In this document: positions 52,077-62,539 of the stretch, in pieces
Numbering within the stretch: position 1 is the first letter of the stretch
Layout of the letters: each line of letters opens with the position of its first letter
NCBI GenBank assembly: GCA_963696385.1
Contig: CAVOKF010000005.1
Coordinates: 1,248,001 to 1,312,000 of the forward strand
DNA length: 64,000 bases
Direction of reading: 5' to 3'
From: an uncultured delta proteobacterium
GTDB taxonomy: Bacteria; Myxococcota_A; Polyangia; Polyangiales; Polyangiaceae
Translations under genes and position numbers: made by a program
Notes under the pieces: generated by a model
What the model was told of the DNA's origin: nothing
What the model saw: the letters and a program-made list of their open reading frames with translations, nothing else
The model's database searches: none

Positions 52077-53896
52077 TGCGCTTCGCTGCCGGGATCGACC
52101 TGGGCACCACGCACTGCGCGATCGCGGTCGCCCCTCTCGAAGTCGAAGGCGCGCGGCCGGACGTGGTGAGCGTCCCGCAGCTCGTCGCGCGGGGACAGGT
52201 CGAAGCTCTCGCGCTTTTGCCCTCATTTCTCTATTTCGCGCATGCGAGCGAAGGCCCGCAGGCGTTGCCCTGGGACGCCCATCGCGCGTTCGCCGTAGGG
52301 CAGTACGCCCGCGCCCGAGGGGCCGACGCGCCGACGCGTGTCGTCGCGAGCGCCAAGAGCTGGTTGTCGCATCCGTCCGTCGATCGCCGCGCGGGAATTC
52401 TTCCGGTCGGCGCGCCGGACGACGTCGCGAAGATCTCTCCCGTCGAGACCTCGAAGAGGTACCTCGATCATCTCGTGCAGGCGTTTGAGGCCCAGTTCGG
52501 AGCGGACGACCGCCTGACCGATCAGGACGTCATCGTAACCGTGCCTGCGTCCTTCGACGCCGGGGCGCGCGAGCTGACGGTTGAAGCAGCCCGACAGGCC
52601 GGGTTCGAGCACCTCACGCTGCTCGAGGAGCCGCAGGCGGCCCTCTACGCCTGGACGCTCGCGATGGGCGATGCATGGCGCTCCCACGTGCGGCCGGGCG
52701 ACGTCGTGCTGGTGATCGACGTGGGCGGCGGAACGACGGACTTTTCGGCGATCGCTGCAATCGAGAAGGACGGTGCGCTCGAACTGGTGCGCGTTGCCGT
52801 GGGCGATCACATCCTGCTGGGCGGCGACAACATGGACCTCGCGTTGTCCCACCTCGTGCGCCAAAAGCTCGAATCCGAGGGGCGTGTTGTCGATCGCTTC
52901 CAAGCTGCGAGTCTGGTCCACGCGTGTCGGGTCGCGAAGGAGCGTCTCCTGGGCGATGCGTCGCTCGACCTCGCGCCCCTCGCCGTGGCTTCGCGGGGGT
53001 CGTCTCTGCTCGGCGCGACGCTTCGTTGCGACCTGACCCGCGACGACTTGACCCGTGTCCTTGTCGATGGCTTTTTTCCCCGCGTCGATGCCGAGGCTCG
53101 ACCGGCGACACGATCGCGCTCCGGGCTGACGCAGCTCGGGTTGCCCTATGCGGCCGACGCGGCCGTGACGCGCCATCTCGCTGCATTTCTCGGCCGGCAG
53201 GCGCGCGCGCTCGAGCACTTCGCCGGATCGGCCGGCCGCGCGGGCGGCGCCCTTTTGCACCCGACCGCCGTTCTCTTCAACGGCGGTGTGATGAAATCCG
53301 CCAGTCTGCGGGCGCGAGTGATCGAAACACTGAACGCGTGGATCCAAGAAGACGGGGGCGATGTCGTCCGCGTTCTGCAGGGCGCCGACCTCGACCTCGC
53401 GGTGGCTCGGGGCGCTTGCATGTACGCCCTCGTCCGCCGCGGCAAGGGGCTCCGCATTCGGGGAGGGACGGCTCGTGCCTATTACGTCGGAATCGAGAGC
53501 GCCGTCCCGGCAGTCCCCGGTCTCGCGCCTCCCGTGAGCGCGATGTGCGTGGCGCCATTCGGCATGGAAGAGGGGACCGCCGCCGAGCTTCCGCCCCATG
53601 AGCTCGGCGTGGTCGTCGGCGAGCGCTGCACGTTTCGGTTCTTCGGATCGAGCGTACGGCGGTCCGACGGAGCCGGAACCATGCTCGAAGAGTGGCGAGC
53701 CGACGAGCTCGAGGAGCTCCCGCCCATCGAGGTTACGCTTCCTGCGGACGGACGTCGCGAAGGAGACGTCGTGCCCGTGCGACTCCGACCGCAGGTGACC
53801 GAGGTCGGGACGCTGCGGCTGGAGGCCGAGCCGCTAGCGCCGCTCAAGGCCGGCGAACTGTGGCGCGTCGAGCTGAGCGTTCGCTCGAACGCCTGA
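52073..53896 (+). CDS. Atypical Hsp70-family protein (no canonical DnaK substrate-binding domain)
   Basis: GIDLGTT, TVPASFD, LLEEPQAA, DVGGGTTD, GGDNMD, LFNGG, AVARGA. Confidence 0.9.
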   Translation: MMRFAAGIDLGTTHCAIAVAPLEVEGARPDVVSVPQLVARGQVEALALLPSFLYFAHASEGPQALPWDAHRAFAVGQYARARGADAPTRVVASAKSWLSHPSVDRRAGILPVGAPDDVAKISPVETSKRYLDHLVQAFEAQFGADDRLTDQDVIVTVPASFDAGARELTVEAARQAGFEHLTLLEEPQAALYAWTLAMGDAWRSHVRPGDVVLVIDVGGGTTDFSAIAAIEKDGALELVRVAVGDHILLGGDNMDLALSHLVRQKLESEGRVVDRFQAASLVHACRVAKERLLGDASLDLAPLAVASRGSSLLGATLRCDLTRDDLTRVLVDGFFPRVDAEARPATRSRSGLTQLGLPYAADAAVTRHLAAFLGRQARALEHFAGSAGRAGGALLHPTAVLFNGGVMKSASLRARVIETLNAWIQEDGGDVVRVLQGADLDLAVARGACMYALVRRGKGLRIRGGTARAYYVGIESAVPAVPGLAPPVSAMCVAPFGMEEGTAAELPPHELGVVVGERCTFRFFGSSVRRSDGAGTMLEEWRADELEELPPIEVTLPADGRREGDVVPVRLRPQVTEVGTLRLEAEPLAPLKAGELWRVELSVRSNA

Positions 53897-53910
53897 GCGA
53901 GAGGGGCGCG

Positions 53911-56643
53911 ATGTCGGCTCGTTACGCCGTAGGCATCGACCTCGGCACGACGCATACCGTGGTGGCCTGGGCGCCTCTCGAGGGGGCCGATACGCCGCGT
54001 GTTTTCGACGTTTCCCAGCTTGTCGGACCGAGTGCGGTCGAACAGCGACCGCTATTTCCATCCATGCTTTACGCGCCGGCCGAGAGCGAACGGTTCGAGG
54101 ATCCGTTCGGCGACGCCCCATGGGCGCTCGGCGAAATAGCGCGGTGTCGCGGCGCGGAAGTCCCGGGACGCACCGTCGTATCGGCGAAAAGCTGGCTCGT
54201 CCATCCAAGCGTGGATCGGCTGGCCGCCATTTTGCCATGGGCCGCCGCGGAAGGGTGCCCCCGCTGCTCGCCGGTCGACGCGGTGGCCCGACTGCTCGTG
54301 CACGTGCGCCGTGCGTGGGATGCTCGCTGGCCGGCCTCGCCGCTCAGCGAACAGGAACTGGTGCTGACCGTTCCTGCGTCGTTCGACGAAGTCGGCCGAG
54401 AGCTCTCGCTCGAGGCCGCGCGGCGTGCCGGCCTTTCGCCCAAGCTACTCGAGGAGCCGTCGGCGGCCTTTTACGACTGGATGTCGCGTGCCGGCACGGA
54501 CGGGGTCAATCGCCTGATCCACGAAATGTCCGGCGACGCGAGGGTGCTCGTGGTCGACGTCGGTGGAGGCACGACGGACTTGTCCCTGATTCGTGTGGCC
54601 GGGCCCGACCGAATCACCCGAGTCGCGGTCGGACCGCATCTGCTGCTGGGGGGCGACAACATGGATCTGGCGATCGCACACGCAACCGAGCCCCGGCTCC
54701 AGGCGACAGGCAAGCTCGATGCGTCGCGTTTCGCACAGTTGGTCGTCGCGTGCCGGGCCGCCAAAGAGACGTTGCTGGGCGATGGTTCGCCGGAGGTGGC
54801 GCCGGTCACCGTGCTCGGGGCCGGCGCGGCCCTGGTGGGGTCCGGCCGCTCCACGCCTCTGTTGCGCCACGAGGTCGAGCGACTCGTGCTCGATGAGTTC
54901 CTTCCGCTCGTTCCGGCCGATGCCCGGCCGCAGCGCGCGCGCAGTGCGCTCGTTGCGTTCGGGCTGCCTTACGAGCGCGACGCAGCGGTCACGCGCCACA
55001 TCGCGGCGTTTCTCGGCCGGCACGTGGGCCCCGGACAATGGCCGAACGCCGTTCTTCTGAATGGCGGGGTTTTCCGATCGGCGCGCATCGCCGGTCGGGT
55101 TCTCGAGGTCCTTCGCGCTTGGCGGGGCGGCGTCGTGGCGCATTTGCCCGGCGCGGACCCCGATTTCGCCGTGGCGTGCGGAGCGGTCGCTTACGCACGG
55201 GCTCGCCTTGGCCACGGCATGCGCATCGGCGGTGGCTCGGCGCGCGGCTACTTCGTCGGAGTGACGGCGGAGGGGCCTTGCCCCCGCGCGGTTTGCGTCA
55301 TCCCGCGTGGCGCCGAGGAGGGAGCGGTCCACGTGGCCCGCGGCCGAACGTTCGCCATCGCCGTCGGGCGGCCCGTCCGCTTCGATCTTTTCGAGAGCGA
55401 TGACGTCCATGCAAGTGCGGGCGCTGTCGTCGAGGTGGACTCCGTCCGCTTCGCGCGTTTGCCTCCGATCGCCACGACCTTCGCGGCCGGGGTCGCAGGC
55501 GACGTCCGCGTCGTCATCGAGGGAGAGCTTACGCCCGTCGGCACCGTCGATCTGGCGTGCGTCGAGACGAGCGATCCCAGCGAAGGCGGCGCCAGGACGG
55601 TCCTAGCTCCGATGGCGGATGAGCCTGCGGCGCGCCGATTCCGGCTCGCCTTTCAGCTTCGCCGTGACGAGGGGGAACCGGCGAGTCGCCCGCCGTTACC
55701 CGTGCCACTGCGGCGGATGGACACGGTGATCGATTTGATTGAAGGCGTGTACGGAAAACCCCGCGGCGGCGGGGCCGGACGCGAAGTCAAAGACCTGCTG
55801 CGCGAGCTCGAACGCCTGCTTGGCGAGCGCAGCGAATGGACCACCGAGATCAACCGCGCGATTGTCGACTCTCTAGCCCCGAAGGCCGCCGCGCGCCGCC
55901 GCTCTGCCGACCACGAGCGCATTTTCTGGCTGCTCGCCGGCTGGTGCATTCGCCCTGGTTTTGGCTATCCGGACGACGCGGCTCGAGTCGCCGGGCTTGT
56001 CCCGCGCTTCGAGGAACGACTCGCCTTTGCGGGTGAGGTTCGTGGCTGGCAGCAATTTTGGATCGCCTGGCGGCGCGTCGCGGGTGGGCTCGACGAGCCG
56101 ACGCAGACTCGGATGCGCGACAGCGTCGACCCGTACCTCGCGCCTTCGGACGCGAGGCGGCGTCCGAAGAAGGCGTGGCTGGCGCTCGACGAAGCGCTCG
56201 ACATGGCCGCGACTCTCGAGCGGGTTGCTCCCGCTCGTCGCGCGGAGCTCGGCGGGTGGGTCCTGGAGCGCACGTGGACCGATCGCGATCCACGTTTGTG
56301 GTCCGCCATCGGTCGGCTCGGCGCGCGGGCTCCGGCCTATGCGAGCGTCCACCACGTGGTCGCACCGCTCGTCGCGGAGCGGTGGCTGGATCATCTGCTG
56401 CGCGAGAAGTGGGGCTCGATTCCCACGGCCGTGCAAGCGGCGCTTCGGCTCGCGCGCATGACCGGCGACCGCTCGCGCGACATCGACGAACGGATGCGCC
56501 GCGAAGTCGAGCAGCGCCTCATGGCGGCAGGCGCGAAGCCTGAGCAGGTCATCACGCTGCGAGAAGTCGTGCCGATCGACGAGATCGAGCGGGTCGCGTT
56601 TCTTGGCGACGCGCTACCGCTCGGGTTGCGGTTGGTCCGCTAG
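53911..56643 (+). CDS. Atypical Hsp70-family protein with a C-terminal helical DUF3731-like domain
   Basis: Same ATPase motifs as the upstream gene, plus a Trp-rich tail (GWCIRPGFGYPDD, WRRVAGGL, IGRLGAR, GDALPLGLRL). Confidence 0.88.
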   Translation: MSARYAVGIDLGTTHTVVAWAPLEGADTPRVFDVSQLVGPSAVEQRPLFPSMLYAPAESERFEDPFGDAPWALGEIARCRGAEVPGRTVVSAKSWLVHPSVDRLAAILPWAAAEGCPRCSPVDAVARLLVHVRRAWDARWPASPLSEQELVLTVPASFDEVGRELSLEAARRAGLSPKLLEEPSAAFYDWMSRAGTDGVNRLIHEMSGDARVLVVDVGGGTTDLSLIRVAGPDRITRVAVGPHLLLGGDNMDLAIAHATEPRLQATGKLDASRFAQLVVACRAAKETLLGDGSPEVAPVTVLGAGAALVGSGRSTPLLRHEVERLVLDEFLPLVPADARPQRARSALVAFGLPYERDAAVTRHIAAFLGRHVGPGQWPNAVLLNGGVFRSARIAGRVLEVLRAWRGGVVAHLPGADPDFAVACGAVAYARARLGHGMRIGGGSARGYFVGVTAEGPCPRAVCVIPRGAEEGAVHVARGRTFAIAVGRPVRFDLFESDDVHASAGAVVEVDSVRFARLPPIATTFAAGVAGDVRVVIEGELTPVGTVDLACVETSDPSEGGARTVLAPMADEPAARRFRLAFQLRRDEGEPASRPPLPVPLRRMDTVIDLIEGVYGKPRGGGAGREVKDLLRELERLLGERSEWTTEINRAIVDSLAPKAAARRRSADHERIFWLLAGWCIRPGFGYPDDAARVAGLVPRFEERLAFAGEVRGWQQFWIAWRRVAGGLDEPTQTRMRDSVDPYLAPSDARRRPKKAWLALDEALDMAATLERVAPARRAELGGWVLERTWTDRDPRLWSAIGRLGARAPAYASVHHVVAPLVAERWLDHLLREKWGSIPTAVQAALRLARMTGDRSRDIDERMRREVEQRLMAAGAKPEQVITLREVVPIDEIERVAFLGDALPLGLRLVR

Positions 56644-57189
56644 CGCGGCGCCGAGTCGACGGCGCTCGAAGACGATCATCTCGCCCATCGTCTCGTGCTC
56701 ACGAGTGCCGATTCGTGTCATGCCCACTTTCTCGAGGACGCGCACCGACGCGCGATGCCACCCAAACGTCGCGGCTTGCACCGCGTGCACCCCGCGCTGA
56801 TCGAGCGCCCAGCACACGCATGCGCCAACGGCCTCGGTTGCGTATCCATAGCCCTGCGACCCTTCTTCGACGCCGTAAGCAATCTCCGAGATACCTTGGT
56901 CGTCCGGTTCGCCGCGGAACACGACGCTTCCGACCACCCGCCGATGGCCTGGTTCGGTCGCCACAATGATGACGCGGGCTCCCCAAAGACGGGCTGCGGG
57001 ATCGGCTCGGATGTCGTCGAGGGACACGGCAAACGCGCGCTCGATGAGCTCGCGGTTGGGCCAGCGCTCCGGCATCCGGGCGAACGCGAGCGACTCCGCG
57101 TCGTCACGGCGGCCGAGCAGAACGGCCTCGACCATCGCCACGGTCACGGGAAGCAACTGAAGTCGCGGTGTTCGAAGATACGCGGTCAT
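56614..57189 (-). CDS. GNAT (RimJ/RimL-like) acetyltransferase
   Basis: EIAYGV...QGYGYATEA, ASVRVLEKVG. Confidence 0.88.
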   Translation of the reverse strand: MTAYLRTPRLQLLPVTVAMVEAVLLGRRDDAESLAFARMPERWPNRELIERAFAVSLDDIRADPAARLWGARVIIVATEPGHRRVVGSVVFRGEPDDQGISEIAYGVEEGSQGYGYATEAVGACVCWALDQRGVHAVQAATFGWHRASVRVLEKVGMTRIGTREHETMGEMIVFERRRLGAALADQPQPER

Positions 57190-57219
57190 GCGCCGTGCCG
57201 GCGCATCGACGATACCGGG

Positions 57220-58509
57220 TTACCCGACGCCAGCCCAGCCCTTGACGACGTCGTCGAGACGGCGCTGCTCGTCCTCCTCGAGCAGCCCAACCGCGACGAC
57301 GCTCAGGCACTCGGGTCGTGCCAATCGGCGTGCGGCCTCGCATACTTCGCTGGCCGTCACCCGAACGAGCTCCGCGACGTGCTCTTCGACGGTGACAAAA
57401 CGGTCGAACAGAAGCCCTGCGGCGAAGAATGCGGACGTCTCTTCCGTCGAGTCGGCCAGCGCGCTCGCATCCCATGCGATTCTGCGCCGGATCCTGTCGA
57501 GTTCGTCGTCGGTCGGACCGTCCGATGCCAGCTCGCCGAACATGGCGAGGATTTCCCCTGCTACCCGCGCGGCGCGCTTGTGTTGCACCCCTGCGGCCAC
57601 GTCGACGACCCCGTCGTCTTCATAACCATCGTATCCGGCGGACACGTCGTAGCAGAGGCCGCGCGCATCGCACAGACGATGGTACAGACGCGTGGACATG
57701 CCATCGTCGATGACCCGCATCAATACGTCGAGAGCCGGTCGGTCCGGATCCGTCTCCGAGAATGCGCGTAGGCAAACGCGCAGTTCCGTCTGGCTCGACA
57801 CGCTCTCGACCACCTCGAGTCGAGCTTTTTTTTGCGTATGCGGCGGCGCCGCCGCGTGGATGCGCGCGCCCCGGGGCAGGCCCCCGAAGTCGCGCGCCGC
57901 CAGGCGCATCGCCTCGTCGACGTCGACGGCACCGGAGAACGCGAGAACGACGTTGTCGGCCGTATAGTGGATCGCGTGATGCTTGCGCAGCGTGGCCTCG
58001 TCGAACGCGCGCACTTGAGCCTCGTGGCCTGTGATTGTGAGTCCGAGCGGGTGGTCGCCGTAGATGAGCGCACGCGAGAGATTGTCTGCGTCGACCTGAC
58101 GGCCCTCGTCATCGACGTCTTCGAGGATTTCCTCGAGCACGATGCCGCGCTCGATGTCGATGTCCAAAAAAGCCGGTTCTGAGAGCACCTCACCGAACAA
58201 GCCGCAGGCCTCTTCGAGCGAGTCAGGAGGCAGTGTGAGCGAGAAGATCCCGTGGTCTACCTGAGTCGACGCAAAGAGCGAGCCGCCCAAGCGCTCGAAA
58301 GCGAGGTTGACTTCATGGGCGCTCGGCACACGACGGGTCCCTCGGTAGATCATGTGCTCGAGGAAATGGCCGATTCCGTTCGTCGCGCGGGTCTCGTAGC
58401 GTGACCCGACGCGTGTCCAAAGCCCGACGTGAGCTCGATGAAGCCGCGGTTGCGGTGCGGCGACGACTTGGATTCCGTTCGGCAGGACGGCGCGTCGGTG
58501 CTCGATCAC
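57220..58509 (-). CDS. M16-family zinc peptidase
   Basis: GSRYE..GIGHFLEHMIYRGT (HxxEH), C-terminal RLY..L...RGLCY. Confidence 0.92.
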   Translation of the reverse strand: MIEHRRAVLPNGIQVVAAPQPRLHRAHVGLWTRVGSRYETRATNGIGHFLEHMIYRGTRRVPSAHEVNLAFERLGGSLFASTQVDHGIFSLTLPPDSLEEACGLFGEVLSEPAFLDIDIERGIVLEEILEDVDDEGRQVDADNLSRALIYGDHPLGLTITGHEAQVRAFDEATLRKHHAIHYTADNVVLAFSGAVDVDEAMRLAARDFGGLPRGARIHAAAPPHTQKKARLEVVESVSSQTELRVCLRAFSETDPDRPALDVLMRVIDDGMSTRLYHRLCDARGLCYDVSAGYDGYEDDGVVDVAAGVQHKRAARVAGEILAMFGELASDGPTDDELDRIRRRIAWDASALADSTEETSAFFAAGLLFDRFVTVEEHVAELVRVTASEVCEAARRLARPECLSVVAVGLLEEDEQRRLDDVVKGWAGVG

Positions 58510-58510
58510 G

Positions 58511-60412
58511 TTAGTATTGGTCCTCGTCCTCGTCCGTGCCTGCGGCGCCGGCGTCGGTTCGCGCCTCTTGGACAAACGATTCGTCGATCTTGATGGCGTC
58601 TTTTGCATTCGCGCGAAGGCGCCGTACGTACAGAGCGAGGGCTTCGTCGCGCTTCGCGCGCAACAGCTCGGCTTCCAGTGCGTCGCGATCTTTTTCGAAC
58701 TCGTCTCTCGTCGCGATTTTTCGCTGCTTGAGTTGGGTCACGACGAAGCCGTCTCCGGTTCGAACGGGCTCGGTCTGTACGTCGCCCTCTTTGGCCTCGA
58801 AGGCGAAGTTTGCGACGCTGTTGGTTCCTTCGGGTGAGAGCCCGGGAAATGCATCGCCACCCCGGTTGAACGCGCTCGACGTTTGTGGTTGCGGACGGTC
58901 GCCGTCGGTGCTCGCGTCGAACCGGGTTGCCGCGATCGCCGGGCCGGCCGCGGCCGTGCCTTTCGCACGGCTCGGGCCGGTCGATCGGGGGACACTTGCA
59001 GGAGCTACGTCTGGACCCGCATCCGCGCCTCGCTTCTCGGAGCCCATCTGCAGGACCCGCAGGGATTCCGTCTTCGTCGTTCGTACGAACGGTGCTATCG
59101 CTTCGTTTACGGCGTCTTGCGCGGCTAAGCCGCGCCGCAGGACGTCACCGATCCGGGCGGCCACAGAACGGGCTGCATCGGTAGCCTTGGCTTTTGCGTA
59201 AAGGGTGTGCGCCAAGCTTCGCTTGAGTGGGCCATCCAGCTCGGCGCTCGCCGAGGGGTCGTCCCTTGCAATCAGGTGGTAACCGAACTGGGTCTCGATG
59301 ACGCCGGCGGTGATCTCACCGGGCCTGAGTGCGTCCGCTGCGGCCCTGAACGGAGCGACGAACCCGTCCGTTTTCTCGCCGACGTCGCCGCCTTGCGCCG
59401 CACTCGCCGCATCGTCGGACGTGTCGCGCGCAACTTCGGCGAACGGCTCGCCGGATTGGATCCGCGCTTTTGCCCATGACGCCTTGGCGAGCGCAAGCGC
59501 CTTCTCGTCGTCGGACGCCCCATAGGGCAGCTTCACGAGGATGTGCCGGATGTGCCCGCTCTTGGGCGCGTCGTCCTGTTTGCGCTCCTCGAAGGCCTTG
59601 TCGAACTCGGTCTGATGTTCTTTGATCCATGCGTCGACATCGCCGGGCTTGGCGTCGACCGCCCAGCGAGCCGCCCACGTCTCCTTGACGAGAATCCACG
59701 TGACGGTCGCAGTCGTGTAGCGTCGCTCGTACTCGTGCCACGCCTCCGAGGAGCTCACGCGGATGGGATCACGCAAAATATTACGCATCTTTGCAGCGAG
59801 CAACTCGCGCGACTGCTCTTCGCGAAACTCGGTCGGCGAGCGATTGCTGATGTTTCGGATCTGTCGCTCGTAGATCTTCATGTCGAAGGCCTTCGTCTTC
59901 GAATCGCGGAAATCGACAGGGATGGCGGCGTCGCGATTGTTGAAATGCGCCTGTGCGACGTCTTGCGAGATGAGACCACCGCGAGCGTACGACTGGTACA
60001 TTTGTTGAAGAACCGTCTGCAATACGCTCGGGTCCGCCGCCGGCACGCTGACGCGCACGAAGCCGTCATAGAGCTGATCGGTGACTTCATCCTCCGTTAC
60101 CGCGATGCGCAGCCGGCCCGCTTCGTCGTCGAGCAATTCCCGCTCGATGAGTCCGTCGAGTGCGACGCGCTTCAAGTTCATCCGGCGCGACAGATCGGCG
60201 CTGCGCGACGGCATGAGCATGCGATACGCTGAGCCGAAGTCCTTCGGATCAATGCAGCGCCCGCGAACGCGGGCCACGCACGTTTCGCTCAGGGAAGCCG
60301 TTCTCTGGGACGCGTTGGGCCGAAACTCAATCACGAATGTGAGTATCGTCGCGAGGATGATCGCGCCGTAGAGGACGCTCGATAGGCCTCGCTGGCGGAA
60401 GAATGCAAGCAT
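58511..60412 (-). CDS. PpiD-like SurA-N/parvulin peptidyl-prolyl isomerase
   Basis: N-terminal TM, SurA-like region, IRHILVK...FAEVARDTSDD..S...GGDVG...ETQFGYHLI. Confidence 0.88.
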   Translation of the reverse strand: MLAFFRQRGLSSVLYGAIILATILTFVIEFRPNASQRTASLSETCVARVRGRCIDPKDFGSAYRMLMPSRSADLSRRMNLKRVALDGLIERELLDDEAGRLRIAVTEDEVTDQLYDGFVRVSVPAADPSVLQTVLQQMYQSYARGGLISQDVAQAHFNNRDAAIPVDFRDSKTKAFDMKIYERQIRNISNRSPTEFREEQSRELLAAKMRNILRDPIRVSSSEAWHEYERRYTTATVTWILVKETWAARWAVDAKPGDVDAWIKEHQTEFDKAFEERKQDDAPKSGHIRHILVKLPYGASDDEKALALAKASWAKARIQSGEPFAEVARDTSDDAASAAQGGDVGEKTDGFVAPFRAAADALRPGEITAGVIETQFGYHLIARDDPSASAELDGPLKRSLAHTLYAKAKATDAARSVAARIGDVLRRGLAAQDAVNEAIAPFVRTTKTESLRVLQMGSEKRGADAGPDVAPASVPRSTGPSRAKGTAAAGPAIAATRFDASTDGDRPQPQTSSAFNRGGDAFPGLSPEGTNSVANFAFEAKEGDVQTEPVRTGDGFVVTQLKQRKIATRDEFEKDRDALEAELLRAKRDEALALYVRRLRANAKDAIKIDESFVQEARTDAGAAGTDEDEDQY

Positions 60413-60483
60413 GGGACGGCAGCCCGTCTATCACGCGCCTCCGGCTCCGTCGACGCTTCCGGCCCGCGCCCCGGTACCCTGGT

Positions 60484-60930
60484 TCAAGCGCGCTTCTCGA
60501 GCCCCAACGCGAACTTCACCTCGAGGATGGCGTGACTCAACTCGGTGGCGATTTTCGCGTACGTGACTTCGTAAAACACGTCGAGAGTTCGCTCGGGGTC
60601 GCCGGGATCCGCCACGCGCATGACAGAGGTCCCCTGTTCCGAAAAGCCCGCGGGGAGCGACGAGGTTGCCAAGATACGAACCCGCTCGAAAAGACGGACG
60701 TCGTCCTCGTTCGGGAAGTCGGCCTTTTGCACCCGAAAGACGACGCGCACCTCGAGCGGGTCTGCAACCAGTAGCCGGACGCCCGAATCCATGATCAGGT
60801 TCTCGCGCGGCCGCTCGGCGAGAACGATCTCGTCACCACGGGTTCGGAACACCTCGAACCCGGCGTCTACGAGGGCTCGCTTGACCTGCGCCGCATTGCG
60901 CGGATCACGGGGGGCGGAGGACTCGGACAT
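60484..60930 (-). CDS. Hypothetical protein
   Basis: 148-aa globular-looking ORF co-oriented with the ppiD-like gene. Confidence 0.7.
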   Translation of the reverse strand: MSESSAPRDPRNAAQVKRALVDAGFEVFRTRGDEIVLAERPRENLIMDSGVRLLVADPLEVRVVFRVQKADFPNEDDVRLFERVRILATSSLPAGFSEQGTSVMRVADPGDPERTLDVFYEVTYAKIATELSHAILEVKFALGLEKRA

Positions 60931-61256
60931 CGTTCACCGCGCTCTTCAGCCAAAGCCCGGAATCGCTACACGAATACGTCTGCGGGCGGGTCAGGGGCGC
61001 GACGCCTCCACACTATGGCATTTTTCGACCCACTGCTATCTTGCCGACTCATTGCCCTTGAAGAATCGTCGTAGCTTGACGCCGGCGGCGTGGTGGGGGA
61101 CGTGCATGGGCCGGAGCGGCGCACACCGCGGGCTCGGCTCACGCGCATCGCTCACCCCCGGCAACCTCGCAACGGCACGACGGCCGGCGGGCAACGGCGG
61201 GAGCCGGCCCGTCGCCGATGTCGATTTCCGAACTCGTGATAGATAGCAGCGTCGCG

Positions 61257-61758
61257 ATGGCGAGCACCAAGAGCCGTTTGCCCGACTGCGGGCTCTATAG
61301 GACCACCAAGCCCCTTCCCGACCACGAGGGGGAAGTGCCGGCGGGCACCCTCGTCTATTTCCACAACCACTCGGATTCGGGGCTCCCGGTCGTTATTGCG
61401 CCCGAGCACAACGTGCACAATCGGTGGCATTTTCACGGAAGCGGCATTCCGTTCCGCGGCTTGTCTTGGGCCGATACTCTCACGCGGCTTCCCTCCGAAG
61501 GCTTCTACGTGTTGAAGCGCGCTCTCTCGTTCGAGGGGGGGGAGTGGCCAAAGGCCACTCTCGTGCAGCTGGGCTTTACGAGGACCGGAGACCCCATCCT
61601 GTTTATCGCCCAGGTGCGCGCGCAGCTACAGGAAAACGATTCTGTATTTCAGCGACCGTGGGGTCGGCGTCACCGCGGAGCAGCTTGCTTTGCTCGAACC
61701 GGTACAGGTCTTTGCCGAGCCGATTCCGGCGGGCGTTCACTCCACCGGAGTCCACTGA
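61257..61758 (+). pseudogene. Hypothetical protein with an apparent +1 frameshift at about 61641
   Basis: MASTKSRLPDCGLYRTT...LVYFHNH...QLQEND. Removing one T from GATTCTG gives LYFSDRGVGVTAEQLALLEPV...* at 61758 and avoids a 239-nt overlap with the opposite gene. Confidence 0.6.
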
Positions 61759-61827
61759 CATGTCGCCGTGTCCGTTGGCCGACCTGCGCCGAAAGGCATG
61801 GGCTGCCGAGGCCCGGGTCCGCGTCCG

Positions 61828-62481
61828 TCACGGGAGATCCATCTGGGGCGTCCAGGAAGCGTCCAAGGTGCTGGCACGGGGGTCGCGTAGCATCGCTTCC
61901 CGCCACCTTACGCCGGGCGGTGAAGCATCGATCCAGTGGTAGCTCGGCTCCCGTACGTCGAGGTGAACGAATTGCGTACGTGGGTGCGTGTACACCCCTA
62001 CGCCGACCCGTGGCATCATCCGCAAGTAGGCCGCGAGTTCGGACGACCGGACTCCGTCGAGCTTGAAGTCGATCGCCTCGCCCGTGCCGTGGCGTGCCGC
62101 GCCGGTGCGCCAGCCGGATACGACGAGCACGGAGGCGCCGCGGAAATGATAAGCGGCTTTCATCACGAGCTGTTCGACGCGCGTAGAGAGGGGGTGGATC
62201 GGGTCGTCGTATCCCGAGGCGATTCGATCGAACGCCTCGCACGCTCCGGCGTCGATCGAGCCATCTTCTGCATAAAGCCGAACCCGAGCATTCGCGCGCG
62301 TGGCGACGTGCCGGACCTCGATGGGATCCAGGGCTGTGGCCCAATGCGCGACGCGAGGACGGGGCACGTCGGCGGTCAAGTGCGATTCGTCGCAGATTTG
62401 CGGCTCGCGGCCGCCGCCGTAGGCGGGGGCATCGCGCGCGGCGAAGAGGACCAAGAGACCGAGCCATTTGGCAAACCGCAT
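61828..62481 (-). CDS. Secreted YcbK/DUF882 (peptidase M15-like) protein
   Basis: Signal peptide, VSGWR...RHGTGEAIDF, GVGVY...FVHLDVR. Confidence 0.82.
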   Translation of the reverse strand: MRFAKWLGLLVLFAARDAPAYGGGREPQICDESHLTADVPRPRVAHWATALDPIEVRHVATRANARVRLYAEDGSIDAGACEAFDRIASGYDDPIHPLSTRVEQLVMKAAYHFRGASVLVVSGWRTGAARHGTGEAIDFKLDGVRSSELAAYLRMMPRVGVGVYTHPRTQFVHLDVREPSYHWIDASPPGVRWREAMLRDPRASTLDASWTPQMDLP

Positions 62482-62539
62482 GGGCGCCTTCAAAGCTGAC
62501 GCAAGAAAGACAGCTGCGCTACGCTCGCCGGCCGCCCTG

